Source: Lobosporangium transversale (Eukaryota). Taken from it: 64,000 nucleotides of DNA. The stretch spans positions 744,001 through 808,000 of the forward strand of contig NW_019028995.1 of NCBI RefSeq assembly GCF_002105155.1, read 5' to 3'. This document shows, piece after piece, positions 12,448 through 28,143 of the stretch (its first letter is position 1; each line of letters begins with the position of its first letter). The notes beneath the pieces were generated by a model that was given only the letters and a program-made list of their open reading frames with translations, searched no databases and was not told the DNA's origin. The position numbers and the translations under genes were made by a program.

Positions 12448-14046
12448 ATGACTTCCTCACCAAAAACATCGAAGTATACACTTGGGTTACCTGCCAAGTA
12501 TCCATCCTCAGGGAGACGTTGTCATGGTCAACGTCGTATCTTGTTCCTTTTCTCACTCATCCTTCTTGTCTCCTCTGGGTCCATGCTTATCCTTCATATC
12601 ACCACTACTTCGCCTTTCAATCAAGCCACATCCGACTCGTTATCCTGCCAAGTATCATCCTCATCCTCATCATCATCAGAAGGTTGTCCTGCTGTTATAA
12701 GATCTCGCTGGAGATCAGATAAGGAATCAGATAATATCTATATCAGTCAAGAAGAGGACAGCAATCCCTATATGAGCCATGGTCGACCCCGCGCAGCATT
12801 ACCTCGCCCAGTTGATAATAACATAGTTGATAAACAACAGGAGCAACAACAGCAGCAGAACCAATTCCCTTCTAATGAAACGTCCAATGATTCATCACAG
12901 AGCCCACTATCAGACGTTCTCAACAATGGTAGCACCAACACTACAGAAGAAGATGAGGAAGTAGAAAATATGGCCCCAGCCGTACCCTTTGAGGAAACAT
13001 TCAACAAGCAAGACTCGACAAAATACTTGACCTATCTACCCTATGCAGGCATCACAAACCAATTTTATGGTATGCTTCGTGGAATGGAGGTTGCAAGGGC
13101 TTTAGACCGGACCTTGATTCTTCCACCCATCACTGCCTCCTCCCACGACAAATCCAAACAGAATCAGCCCTGGTCAAAGTTCTTGGACTTGAAAAAATTC
13201 ACAGAGAAGACGGGGATCAAAGTGATTGAATTCCATGAATTGAGGGATGTAGAGATTGCCGAGCTAAACCAATTGCAGTGCGGGATCACTTGCGGCTTTG
13301 GCTCGAAACGAACGATCGATTTCACAGCCAAGGGGTTTTTGAAACAGTGGAAATTCAATTTGACGCTCTCTCCTCTGGAACAGGACGTCACCAGGCTAGA
13401 AGCTGTTACCTCGCTTCTGAAACCACGTTCGGATGAAAAGTACCTCTGCATTTCAAACACTTACAAGATTGTAGTCAAGGACAAGTCAGAATGGGAGCAT
13501 TTTGGCCAACACTTGTATTTCACTGAAGAACTCGAATCACATGTACGAGATTTCTTGAGCAAAAATATAGTCAAGCCAGATCCAGCGATCGATCCTGAGA
13601 CCAAGGAGCTTGTTCAGTCAGAAGAATACCGCTACTTGGCGATCCATGTACGACGAGGCGATTTTGCAGCCTACTGTGAGGGTAATTTCCAAGGTCCTAG
13701 GATGGTTCATTGCTTGCCGTCGACAGAGCAGATTGCAGAACGGATTGATGAAGTTCAAAAGAGACTCAATCCGACTATGGAGCTCTCCAAGATTCTACCG
13801 GTCTTTGTAGCAACGAATGAAAGGAGACCAGAGGAACTTAAGAAGTTTTCAGATCTTGGATGGCGATATCTGGATCATGACCAGATGGGCACGGCCGAGA
13901 AACTGGGTGTCTTTGGGCCTATGATGGTCGATCAAGTTTTTATGGCACATGCACAGGCTCTTGTTGGTATCCAAATGAGCACATTCTCACGAGTGGGTGC
14001 ACTCAGACAGAGAGATTGGCACGGTCGTGAAGTTGAGTACATGTAA
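12448..14046 (+). CDS. GDP-fucose O-fucosyltransferase family (POFUT2/GT68-like) type II membrane glycosyltransferase
   Basis: N-terminal TM helix, long stem, and motifs YAGITNQ..LDRTLILPP, YLAIHVRRGDF, VFVATNE, VDQVFMAHA..VG..STFS. Intronless, 532 aa. Confidence 0.85.
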   Translation: MTSSPKTSKYTLGLPAKYPSSGRRCHGQRRILFLFSLILLVSSGSMLILHITTTSPFNQATSDSLSCQVSSSSSSSSEGCPAVIRSRWRSDKESDNIYISQEEDSNPYMSHGRPRAALPRPVDNNIVDKQQEQQQQQNQFPSNETSNDSSQSPLSDVLNNGSTNTTEEDEEVENMAPAVPFEETFNKQDSTKYLTYLPYAGITNQFYGMLRGMEVARALDRTLILPPITASSHDKSKQNQPWSKFLDLKKFTEKTGIKVIEFHELRDVEIAELNQLQCGITCGFGSKRTIDFTAKGFLKQWKFNLTLSPLEQDVTRLEAVTSLLKPRSDEKYLCISNTYKIVVKDKSEWEHFGQHLYFTEELESHVRDFLSKNIVKPDPAIDPETKELVQSEEYRYLAIHVRRGDFAAYCEGNFQGPRMVHCLPSTEQIAERIDEVQKRLNPTMELSKILPVFVATNERRPEELKKFSDLGWRYLDHDQMGTAEKLGVFGPMMVDQVFMAHAQALVGIQMSTFSRVGALRQRDWHGREVEYM

Positions 14047-14227
14047 AATAGCTATTATCTACACATATATACATTTTTTTATTTTTAGCCAGCATATAGA
14101 CTTTTTTTTTTACGATAACTCTAAATGAAATGAATACCGACCTCTATCTTTGTATGCCCTTTCTTGCCAAAAAAAAGTTTTCAGTCTTAAAAAATCGTCT
14201 CGGAATCATGTTTTTGTGGCTTTGGAA

Positions 14228-14258
<31 letters not shown>

Positions 14259-14296
14259 CTTTTCTTCACTTCGACAGTTTCTTTTGATACAACTAC

Positions 14297-16068
14297 ATGT
14301 TATTAGAAATGTCATCTTTAAGTATTAAAACAGTATTTGGAGAGGCCCTCAGGATCTGGCCAGTGAACTGTAGCCGAGCACATCATTCTATAGGACCGGG
14401 ACTGCGGTCGGGACTGCGACTAAGCTCAGAATCAGGACATGGATCAATTTTGCGACGTCATATGTTGATGGGGCAAAGACTGCTGTTTTTTACAACTTCC
14501 ACGCATCTTTATTATGCAAAACTGGCTTCCAAGAAAGGATCGTCCCCTGTAGAAGAAAAGGCACTTCTAGGTAGACCTTCCAATAATTTGAAAAGTAAGT
14601 GAGGGAACACTAAGCATTTTATTACAATATAGGGAAAGGAGATGAAGTATAATCAGTGCATTAATAGAGCATTTATTGATTGATGTGTTGTTTTATATTA
14701 CTAGTCGGGATCCTTGGAGTACCTAATATCGGGTAAAGGAGGAAGAAAAAGCAAAAAGAGGAAAAATATATATATAAAGTAATGCGACCTCACAAGACAT
14801 GTTTCTGATTTGCTACTGTAATTATTACTGTCAGGAAATCGACGTTCTTCAATGCTTTAACAAACAGTGCTGTACCTGCCGAGAATTTCCCATTCTGCAC
14901 TATCGACCCATCAGAAGCTCGTGTAGTGGTACCAGATAAACGATTTGCATGGCTTGTGAGCCATTTCAAACCACAAAAAGAAACACCGGCTTATTTAACT
15001 GTCATTGACATTGCGGGTCTTGTCCGAGGCGCTGCTCAAGGTGAAGGGCTCGGGAATGCATTCTTGAATCATGTTCGGTCTGTTGATGCGTTGTTTCATC
15101 TCTGCCGAGGTTTCGAAGACCCTGGAGTGACTCATGTTGATGGATCCGTCGATCCTGTTCGAGATTTGGAAACTATTCACGATGAATTATTGTTGAAGGA
15201 TATCGATTGGTTAGAAAAGGTCCTTCAAGAATATAGGCCAGCCGCGACACGTTTAGGACCATCTGGAACTGCGGGATCTGTAGTCGAAAGAAAGAAACGA
15301 GATGACTTCTTTGTGATTGAAAAGTTGCTGGATTGGGTGGCTAACCAGGGTAAGGACATCCGAACAGGAGATTGGACAAACAAGGAGATTGAGGTCATCA
15401 ATCAACTGTATCTCCTGACAGCCAAACCAATGATCTATCTCGTCAATATCAGCGAACATGACTACCTTAACCTACATAAGGGATCGCATCAATCGATCCA
15501 AAGAGTCCGAGAGTGGGTTGATCAGCATCATCCTGGTGATCTGGTAATCCCGTTCTCTGGATCGTTCGAAAACCAATTATCTTTGTTCAACGATTCACCC
15601 CAAGACAAACAGACAGTCCTGGACGACGCCTCTGCCCAAGCCGGCGCTACTATTGTCTCAGCTCTTCCAGAGATCATCGTCCGAGGCAGAGAAGCTTTGA
15701 ACCTACAACAGTTCTTCACTGCCGGATCAGATGAAGTTCGAGCTTGGACCATCAGAAAAAATACTTTGGCTCCGCAGGCCGCTGGCGTCATCCATAGTGA
15801 TTTCGAACGTGGGTTCATCATGGCCGAGGTAAATTTGATAAAAAAAAAAGAAAAAGCCAAAGCCAATTTCCAGGCAAAGCATTTATTTTTAACACCAAAG
15901 CTGCATCTTCCATCGTAACAGGTTATGAAAATGGAGGATTTGGAAGAACTAGGTTCTGAGGCTGCAGTTAGAGGGGCCGGCAAATATTATTCCAAGGGCA
16001 AAGACTATGTTATTGAGGATGGCGATGTAATTTACTTCAAATTTAATGTCACTAGTAAGAAGAAATGA
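14297..16068 (+). CDS. OLA1: Obg-like ATPase OLA1/YchF with N-terminal extension
   Basis: Exons about 14297-14594, 14705-14732, 14835-15828 and 15922-16068 (GT-AG). Motifs LLGRPSNNLK, GILGVPNIGKST, NFPFCTIDP, DIAGLVRGA, NISE (NxxE) and a TGS domain ending DGDVIYFKFN. Start codon uncertain. Confidence 0.95.
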
Positions 16069-16201
16069 AGCATTATTATTTCTTACAACATAGTTGATAG
16101 CACTTTACAGTTTTTTTTTTTTTTTTTATTTTTTTTTTATTTTTTTTTTATTTTATTTTTTTTTATTTTTCCTGTTCTGGATGTTGTTGTTCTGTCTTGA
16201 T

Positions 16202-16338
16202 CTACAAAAATCGCACCTTATCCACACCCAGACCTCTACGCACCTGCGCAACTGCCACAACTTCCTTGACCACTTCTTCCAGGATCACCACATTTGTCAG
16301 TAGCTGACCCAATGTCACAGTCTTTTTACGATGGGCGC

Positions 16339-16369
<31 letters not shown>

Positions 16370-19300
16370 AGAATCAGCTGTATCAATGCCAATGGAGCTG
16401 GTTGATGGATCACGCGTCTTACGACTCGGACGTTTTGAACTCTTTGAGCTACTTCCATCTTCCGTTGTTACAGTAGCACCATCCTCAGTATTGTCGCCTT
16501 CCTCACTTAGTTCATCCATTTCTTCGGCCTCGCTGTCCGAGTCATTCACAAACCCATCTGGGAACAGAGGCTTTATCATCATAGTTTCCATGGTTTTGAG
16601 GAGTATGGGGTTAGGGACAGGATTGGGTTTCGATCCGAAAGATCCCCATGACGAAGGCTGAGTGCCTGCTACTGATGTGACCGCCTCGCCAGTAACACCC
16701 ACCATTCCACTAGCCATTGTATTTCGCGTGGAAGTTGATGATTGGACAGAGGACGAGTATGAGGATGCTGAAGCAGAGTATACTGTTGTTGCTCGTGATG
16801 GATGGGTTGGGATTGGCAATGCTGTGGTAGATGCACTGCCCCCGTGTTGCATATCTGAGTCTGCTCTGCCCTGGAACAAAGTACTGTTGCTTGTGTTTAT
16901 ACTACTACTGGATGTAACATTGTTAGAAGGCTTTCCCATTGTCCACTTAGCGCTAGAGGGGTCTAAAAAGGACATGTTGGAGGGCGACGACATCAGACTG
17001 ACTGGTGAACTGCTCTTTCTTGGTCGAGTAGTATTAAGTGGATGAGACGATGAAGCCTGCGCTGCTTCATGCAGCGGAAGACTGCTGGTGCGAGGCATAA
17101 TGTTATGCACGTTTGATGATCCTGTGAAACGTGGACTCATGAATCCAGCCATGTTGTTTGGTGATCCTGTTGGCATATTTGGAGTCCCTGCTCCTGACCT
17201 AATTCCGCTCCCTGCGGCCTTGTTGACAAAAGATTCGTTAGATCCAAAGGGGGCACTCGGGTGAGATTGCTGATAGTAGTCCGTGGCGGGATACGGGTCC
17301 GCCAGTCCTGGACTGTGGATTGCGCTGTTGAGCTCTGTTGCGACCAGTAAGGTGCGACGTCGATCTGTTAAGAAATCATCAAACCCATCGATTTCACTGC
17401 GATAGTAGTCAACTTGCTGTGTCAATGTCTTGAGCATGGTGAAGAAAGGAGGGAATGACTTGAAGGGAGTGACGCTAGAAGCTTCCTCAGCTTGGAATGT
17501 AGCTTCAGCACTGGCTTTATTGAATTTAGTACTGTTGTTTCGAGCCAGATACGAAGGTAGCGTGTCTTCGTCCTCCGAATCACCAAGTTCGAACTGAGTT
17601 CCTGTAGGGGTCTCTCCTTGAGCGCTGGGATCCGTGGTAAACATTTCACTCTCTCTTATTTCCCTCACATCAGAACTCTTGAACAAAAGCCAACCTTCCA
17701 ATGATCGGTATGGACACACAGCCAGGGAGGTAATGACACCAGTCAGAGCCAGATTCAATTCCACGCTATGGGCGAAAAAGTGTGACAGGATTCCTAGTAA
17801 GATCTGCAGCAGGGGATCTGTGGGAAGAAGGCGATGCATAGGTGCAGGGCGTGATTTGGGTTTATCACAGCTGTCAAATACTGCCTTGCTCTCCACATTC
17901 TTTTCTTTGTCACGAATGAAAGCCTCTCCGGACAAATCATCAGGAAGGTCCATCTTTTGTCCATATTTCATACTGCGACGCCGAAGTTTCTTGTGCTCCA
18001 GAGCAGACATTTGACCAGGAGTCACCTCACTACCATCAATCTCTTTGCTCCTCAAAAAGCATTGATGCATCTCGATTGCAGCCTCAGCATCCCGCAGATA
18101 CGATTCATATCCATTGCAGAAAACTTCAGAAGTATTGCGAGGGTTGATAGTAGAGATGAGGGCGTAAAAGAGATCAAGTTCGTGGATATGGTGGTTGATA
18201 AGCGGCAGCTCTGTATCCTGCAAGTTCGACTGACCTGGTAAGTCACGGAAGGATGTAGCCTTGTTATCTAGTTGAATGCTGAGCAACTTGAGTGAATATT
18301 TGCAGTGGCGAGTGATGAGGGTGTTTAAGAGCTTCAATGTTGCAATGACAGTTGGCTGAGATCGGGATTTGAGACGCGACAGGATCAGATCCTTAAGTGT
18401 AAAACGGTTGGTGGCAGTGAAATAGGGTGATGTTTTTTGTAGATTCTGCACCTCGGCAAAGGCATCGTCCAAATTTTGTGGAGTGGCCTTGGCACGATTG
18501 TCATCGTCCTCAGACGACATCAGGAACCCAAGAACCAAATCAACCAAAGCCTCGTGCTCCAGTACCTGAAGAATCAAATCAATATAGCTTATTACGGCAA
18601 CAGAGCTGCCATCCATATCGGAGCATTCCATGATAGATGGAAACAAAATGTTTTCTAGAAAAACTGCCTTGAATGTGACTAGGAGTGATTTCACTATTTC
18701 ACTATTGGGGCAGCGCATCATGATATCTTGACAGAATTCAAGAAGCTTCAAGAAGGCATCCAGTCTGGATTGAAAGTCAGTTGAGGTAGACACTTCAATA
18801 TCGGCTCTCCTGGATAGGGCCGATTCCGTTGGCGGCATGCGATCGTTTAGAGTGCCAACCATGCTATTAATGATGTTGGGACCACCTCGGACAAGCAGCT
18901 TACGTGGCAGCTGAGAATATGAAGCTCCAACGCCTGCGCTCAAAAATGAGGTGAAGTCTGTCTCCATGATATACTCTCCCAATGACCCAGTGGCGAGCTC
19001 CATGATGAAGAGTAGACCAGTCCTTGCAAAATCACCACCTTTGCCTTCACGATGTACAAACTTCGAGAGGTAAGTGAATAAAAGAAATTCATAATCACTC
19101 TTAGGGGTTGGGGCCACTTGGGGAATAGCATGCGTGTTTTCTGTGGATGTTATTGATGACTTTGGGGATCCCTTTCCTCGCCCGATTGCTGATTCCTGGT
19201 CTAAAGATGACACCTCATGTTCTTTTGTTTTTAGCTCTTCCTCTGATGAACCTTCACTAGTAGATACTCGTAAATTTTTTAGCATTTCCATTGTCTCCAG

Positions 19301-19935
19301 GTTTTTTTGAATCCGCCTTGCAGCAACTCTCTGAGGGACGGTGAGCCATTGCTTGTCATGGAAAAAGATGTTAAGGAGCTCGGGATATCCATGGATTTTA
19401 GAGCAAATGTTGTACATGAGCTCGATCAAGTCTTCATGATAACTCTCGCCCTGTGGTTCAGTTCCTGACGCGCATGTCCGCAGCAATTTGACAGTGGGTT
19501 TGTGGACCGCATTGTGGACTAGAAACCGGTCATCCAATAGGTTGATCATGGATGCAATGGTTCTGATGGTCTCACCCATGATACCTTTAGGTTGATCGCC
19601 TTCTGAATTATTGACTAGCACGGCAAGGACATCATGCTTGAGCAGATATTCCATGCAAGGGCCTGTTGCCCCTGCATCACCTAGGCCTGACTCTTCGCCT
19701 ACAAGAAGATCTACCATGTTCTTTAACCGCATCGGGATCTCTGTTTGTTGAACGTGAAGACTACGCTTCGCAGGTGTGGAGAATCCATTCTGAAGTGGAG
19801 AAAAGAAGAAATATTTATTACATGGAGTATGAGAAAAAAAATCAATAAGCGTTGACCCCAGTATTACAGGATAAAATAATAATGAAATAGTTTGCAGCCT
19901 CTACGACAACGCTTCTCGTTTTATTGATAAGTCCC

Positions 19936-19976
<41 letters not shown>

Positions 19977-20106
19977 AGAGGGGAAGAGCACGTACCTGGA
20001 CCGCTTTCCAGCATTTGCCGAATCGTATCTGTGGCGTCGTACTGTTTGGCTGCACCTTGTGCGTTGCCATGACAGAGTACAGCTTGGCCCAAACGTTCGT
20101 CTCCAT
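16202..20106 (-). CDS. FHIP/FAM160 (RAI16-like) FTS-Hook-interacting protein
   Basis: Exon 1 20106-19996 and exon 2 19789-16202 are in frame. Motifs GPCMEYLLKH, FLLFTYLSKFVHREGKGGDFARTGLL, NLALTGVITSLAVCP and C-terminal NVVILEEVVKEVVAVAQVR. Confidence 0.88.
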
Positions 20107-20700
20107 GGCGATGGTATTGTCGAATGCAAATAAGGAAATGACTACAGACAAACTAACAAACAAAAAAGATTGAGAAGCGGCCTTTCCGTCTTGCCCTCTC
20201 GTTTCTTTTCTCTTGTTCTTATTCCCTTTTATGTAGAGATGGTGCGAGCAATTGAAGACTTTTATGGAGCTTTAGAAGATGGAAGATGAGAAATAAAGTG
20301 CCCAGGTTCAATTTCATTTCGCACGCTCTTAAGGAAGTCACAATGTCACACACACTTGGCTATGCCTTCAGATGACATCCACGCGTTGCAGAGGGCAGAG
20401 GAAATCAGACAGTGGTGGTGTCATACACACAGAAACACTAGCTTTTCTTTATTTTTTATTCAGCAGGGTAGCCTTCAATGATGCAGATATGTTGAATGAC
20501 TAGGCGACTCAAAAGACAGTCATCACCAATTAGGATTTTTATCCCAGGTACCATGAAAGTCAGCATTTGAAGTGGTGGGTTCATCAATAAAGTCCTCCGT
20601 TTCATATGTTCTGTGAATACAAATTCAGTAAGCAGAAGGTTGGGTTGGTTAGTTGGATGTGAACAAATATCCAGCCAAGTAAATGCACTATCCTGTATAC

Positions 20701-22743
<2,043 letters not shown>

Positions 22744-23103
22744 GGTCGGCTCTTTTAAGCAGAAATATAAAAAAATAAAAAGTGAGGAAAAAGGGGAAGG
22801 GACAAAAATGAAGAAGGAAGCTTCTTTTTTGGCAAGTGATAAATGATAAAGAATGAGTTTACGTTGAACGTCACAAATTTCGCAAGCCACAATTTCGTGA
22901 CAATAACATCATTTGAAGTGGTTTTTTTGTGGATCAAATTATATTTTATACAGTGTGTGAACGAGGAGAACACTAATACAAATACATGATAAAGTACAAA
23001 GGAGACTAGGGATGAGAAAAAGGAAACTCGCGTTCATGTGGACCTTAAAAAGTCTTCATGCCAACAAAGTTTCCTGAAAAAACATATCATCCCTAACCCC
23101 AGT

Positions 23104-24884
23104 TTAGACCTGGAAAGACGTCTCGAGCATAGGATCCTTTTTCTCTTTCCCCGGCGATTGCTCGATGTCGTTTCTATAGCCTTCTATATTTTCACCATCC
23201 TCGACTCTTTCCCTCTCAGAAGCAGCCTCTGCCCTAGCCAATCTTTTCCTTTCTAGTGTTGCCTTCGAGGGGACAAATACTAAGGTAATCAGGACGCAAA
23301 GTAACGTAACGGCAAATCCCACCCATAAACCAACTTGATAGCCTTTAAGATGACTTCCCGTTGAGTTGATGACAGCTTCAGAAATCGCGTTAGTTATGGC
23401 GAGCCCGACACCAGAACCAGCCTGCATAGCCACCGAGAATACGGCGCCTTGAATAGACAAGAAAGCATGTACAATAAATAAAGGGAAATATTCAGATGTC
23501 AGGTTATAATACAGGATTAAACTCAGCAACCATCCAAAAGCCCAAATAGTTTACATACTATTAAGCCCATGCTCGCCAGACTTAGCCATAGTCAGGGCCG
23601 CTACCATGGCGGAGGTATATGTCATTGCAATACCAATTTCGCCAATACACATTGAGGGAAATGGCAAAGGCCAATATCCTGTATCGGCATCTGCGACTGC
23701 AAACAGCGCGGCAGAGATTGCCATACATCCAGTTCCTAGCATCAGCAAGGGTTTGGCCCCAACCTTCGGAATCAGATGACCAGCTAAAGGGTTTAAAATT
23801 AATCCTGGGAAAGCCAGAGGGAAGAATGCATACGCGGTGTTCAAGGCTCCATAGCCCATCACCTCCTGGAAGATGAGGGTGCAGTATAAGTTATAAACTA
23901 AATACCAAGTCTGGTACAGTGCCCCCACAACTAACATCGCAGAAAACATACGGGTACGGAAGATTGACATGGGAAGCATGGGCGAGACAACCTTCTTTTC
24001 AATCCAAACAAAGGCAAGCAATAGAAGTATGCCCAAAACAAGGGAGATAATCACAGGAACAGACGACCAACGGCCATCGGAGATGCCATAGACAATGGCA
24101 AGCAAAGCGACAGTAATAGTGATGGCACCAGCAATATCTAATTTGACATTGGCACGTAGTTCAGGACTAGACTCTGGAATCACAAAAAATGCGACCACAG
24201 CAACCAATACGCCCATAATAGCTGATCTATTGTTAATAGATAAAGTAAGAAGTTCTGCTGTGTTAATTCTTGTACTGTAGCAATGAAGACCATGAGCAAT
24301 AGCGAGCTGATGTTGTGGTGTTTGGAGTGATATGGTAGAATTTTTTACATGTAGAAAATATATTTCCAGCCGATGGTCGCTGTAAAGACACCACCCAAAA
24401 CCAAACCAATGCCGAACCCTAATGCTCCGCTGCTTGAGAACACAGCGAGTGCCCTCGATTTCTCCACTTCTTCGGTGTAAGTGAATTGAATCAGTGCCAA
24501 GGCATTGGGGATGGTAGCAGCAGCGCCTAACCCTTGCATCGCACGGGCGATACATAAAAGTATGACGCTCTGGCTCAGACCACAGACCAAGGACCAGACC
24601 GAGAACCAAAGGAGGCCTATTAAGAAGAAGCGCTTATGGCCATACTTGTCACCAAGTTTGCCACCAATCAACAAAAAAGTTCCAAAGGTCAATGTGAATG
24701 CATTGACAATCCATGGCAGCTGGTTCTCCGAGAAGTGGAGCTCTGTCTTGATAGTCGGCAAGGAAATGTTGACAGCGGACAGGTTGGCGACATCAATAAA
24801 CTGGGCGAGACAAAATACGACTAGGATAACCCATTTGGGAGCCTTGGTGGTGTTGGTGATATTAGTTTTGGTGAACAACATCAT
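23104..24884 (-). CDS. MFS drug:H+ antiporter (DHA2, 14-TMS type)
   Basis: Three exons. AQFIDVANLSAVNISLPTI, GGKLGDKYGHKR (motif A), RAMQGLGAA, GWKYIFY, LDIAGA, PMLPMSIF. Confidence 0.92.
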
Positions 24885-25142
24885 ACACCTGTTTCATTAC
24901 ACAAATGGGCAGCAGGGTAAAAAAAGACTTGGAAAGTAAAGAGGAATTTAGAGAATAATGAATGTGGAATGAATGTAGAAAGCAACAAAAAGAAAAAGAA
25001 GTAAAAAAAAGCATGCTGGTGACTATAAATTTCATGACAATGTTTTGCCCGCAAAAGAATAATTGCTGCTGTGGGGAGCATATTTTAACCCCGCAAAATA
25101 TCTGTCTCCAGTTTTTTTTTGTCTGTGCCACCGGAATGCACT

Positions 25143-25196
25143 CATGAACTACATGTACTGTACATGAACTACATGAACTACATGAACTACATGAAC
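25143..25196. repeat. 9-bp tandem repeat (CATGAACTA) between divergent genes
   Basis: catgaacta catgtactgta catgaacta catgaacta catgaacta catgaac. Confidence 0.8.
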
Positions 25197-25479
25197 AAAA
25201 ACTCGACGTGCACACGTGTGCCTATTTCTAAGTGGTGCAAAGCCATCAAGCCCATTCTTCTATCATATCATCCCTCATCACCACCAGAAGGACGAGGATC
25301 ACTCACTAGACGATCAGCTAAATCCTTGGCGCCAATGCTCCGTCGGAAGTGGTTTCTTACTGGTATCTGATATCAAACACAAAGTTTGTTAAATTGGATT
25401 TGCCATAGGATACCATATAAACTCATTCTTTACTACTGCACAACTATTTCATTAACACTTTTTTCAACCATTCAGCATC

Positions 25480-25857
25480 ATGCCGTTTTTCCCTTCAATA
25501 ATAACTGCTAAAGCAATTCTTCTCTTCGATATTCTGAGCACATTCGTGTTCACTGCAGCCGCAACACCCATCCTTCACCACCGAGCTAGACATGAGCCCT
25601 CGCTGAGGCATAGTCTTAATGTCGGTGACATCAAGCCCGCGAAGAATGCTGTTGTGATCACCTCACACACAACATTTGCTCCCATAACAGACATCGTTCC
25701 TGTCACGACAGTCAAGCCCATAGTCAATCTATTACCGACCGACTATAACGACTGTTCTGATTCGGCCTGCGAATGCGCTATTTATGGCCATGCTCCTCAT
25801 GCTCTGATCAGACATAATAAGTGGTGTCTTTATTGTATTCCCGATGTCAACAGATGA
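25480..25857 (+). CDS. Small secreted protein with Cys-rich C-terminus
   Basis: Signal-like LLFDILSTFVFTAAA, Thr/Pro/Val linker, C-terminal CSDSACECAIYGHAPHALIRHNKWCLYCIP. TATAAA at about 25416; intronless. Confidence 0.6.
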   Translation: MPFFPSIITAKAILLFDILSTFVFTAAATPILHHRARHEPSLRHSLNVGDIKPAKNAVVITSHTTFAPITDIVPVTTVKPIVNLLPTDYNDCSDSACECAIYGHAPHALIRHNKWCLYCIPDVNR

Positions 25858-26271
25858 CCTATGATAGACCCTTATGACCGCGACATACGCAGGCAGCAAT
25901 AGCGTACTTATGGAGGATCAACCAAATACATAAGTGAAGCAACGCAATAAAGATGGTAGAACTCAAATAGCAATTCACGGTCAAATTGATTAATTAAAGG
26001 ATACATGTTCTATGTACTTTTAATGCTTGCGCTTGTAAAGGATCGCGAACAAGAACCATGGATATTATTGCTTTTTACAAAATGTACTACAATATACTGA
26101 TTACCAGAGATCATCGGCGACTTATGATACCAATGATTTATACTTAAGCACCACTGATGGTGGAGGCTAAAGAGGTTTTAGAAATAATTAGGTTATCGTT
26201 TATTCACAAAAGGGAGTCTCCACTTAGAGAATCAATCTATCTTTATCAAAGGTCATTAAATGTCAAGAAGT

Positions 26272-28102
26272 CTATGCGCCAACAAACCAGCGATCTTGTA
26301 GAACCTCAATACTAGCACCCAAACACCAGCCTGTCTCATAATCTCGGATTTTCTTGGCCAAATTGATTTTACGCTCCTTAGAGATGCCATAGCCATATCC
26401 AAGTAACCCATAGATGTAGCTCAGATCCATGCACATTTCTGCAACTTCACCAAGCTCCTTCTTGGCTTCTGCAATATTCTCAAACTCCTCAAAATCATTC
26501 TCATCCGCTACACATACACGATCGGTCAACTCTGCAAGTTCTCCCAAGGTCATGTCCTGCGTTGGAGTGTCGCTTCCGAGACGGAAAGGTGCGACTCGGT
26601 CAAAAATGTATGAGAATGCATAAATGTCGGAATCGAAAGATGTAGTGAGCGATGGCTGATAAACACCATTGAAGGAGCATGGACTCTGGTTACAAGCCTT
26701 GTTTTTGTAAAAGATAGCCTCCACAACGCGCCTGCATTCTCCAGCGGGATCTGAAACTCCAATTAGTGTGACATCATTGCCATCATAATCCCATGTTATA
26801 CGTGTGTGGACAGGCATGCAGGGATGAAGATACTCATACTGTTCCAGGTTGATGTTATGAACGTTGGGGATGGGGTTCTCGACGACGAAGCGGTGAATCT
26901 GTCGTCGAGCCTCATTGAGTCCATAGCCAAGGTACGAATGCTGGAATAAAACATAGCCGTTTCCATTGAAGCTTTTGGACACACGGTGGTTACCCTGCGC
27001 AATAGAATGTCCATTGATCAACTTGGGCTCAAAAACAATCTGCGTAGAAGCTCCACCTAGATCCATGACTGCGACAGTTGGGCTCTTTTCGAGCGAACTG
27101 ATTCTTCGCAGAAGATAGTTTACAGTAACCCATGCATATACGCCTATCATAGAAATGCAATTATCAATAAAGAAGAGTTTTTTTTAAAAAAAAAAAAAAA
27201 AAAAAAAGCCGTATTATAACTCCTGATATTGAATTGCCTCAAACTAACCTTCATCAGATCCCTCCATAACGGCAACACCTTGCTCCTTAATAATAGGGAA
27301 TGGGTATTGAGTCTCTAATCTCCTGCGAACAGCTGTTAGGATATTTGTGGATTTGGCCTCACCCAAGAGCCTTAGTCCAGCTGTAGCTTTAACTGCAATA
27401 GGTGTGCTCTTATACAAATACTTGGGCACAGCCTTAAGAGCAGACTCGAGTAAAGGGTCCAAGCTTCTTGCAGCACCTTCTGCATCCTCATCATAAGATG
27501 ACAAACCAGGCTTGAGTTGCTCAAAAAGCTCACTCTCTAGCTCAGGCGTTGCTTTACAGTAGTTGAACTTGTAGGCATGAATACGTGATCCTGATGATCC
27601 TGCGTCGATCATGAGCACATATTGAATTAGAGGTCGTCCTGGATGAGGAAGTGTGCAGTGTTCTGATGTGATATCTGCAGGCCACGTTGCCAAAGCCTTA
27701 TCATGCAAAGAGTCTAAGATTTTAAGAATCAAAATTAATTAATAGCTGGAAAATTGTACCCCTGAATCTTTTTATCTTGAGGCATTCCATACGTACCGAT
27801 AGCACTATCGTCGTGGGTGTTGGTTTGTCTTCGAGGAAGCATGACGAAGAAGAATAAAGTCAGACAAAAGGCCAGAATTGCACCATTGCGGAGCCAATAA
27901 CCTTTACGTGCCATAATTTGATCTCTCAAGACCATTACGTATGAGCAGATGGACAACCAAGAGAGGGGCTTTCTCTGCGCAGAAGAGGAAGATAAGTTTT
28001 TTTTTCTATTGGTATAGTTGGACGGAAGCAGCGAACTAGAACTTATTCTCTTGGCGAGCTTGAAAGAATTCCGTCTGGACAGCTTTGAAGATTCTCTGAT
28101 CC

Positions 28103-28143
<41 letters not shown>

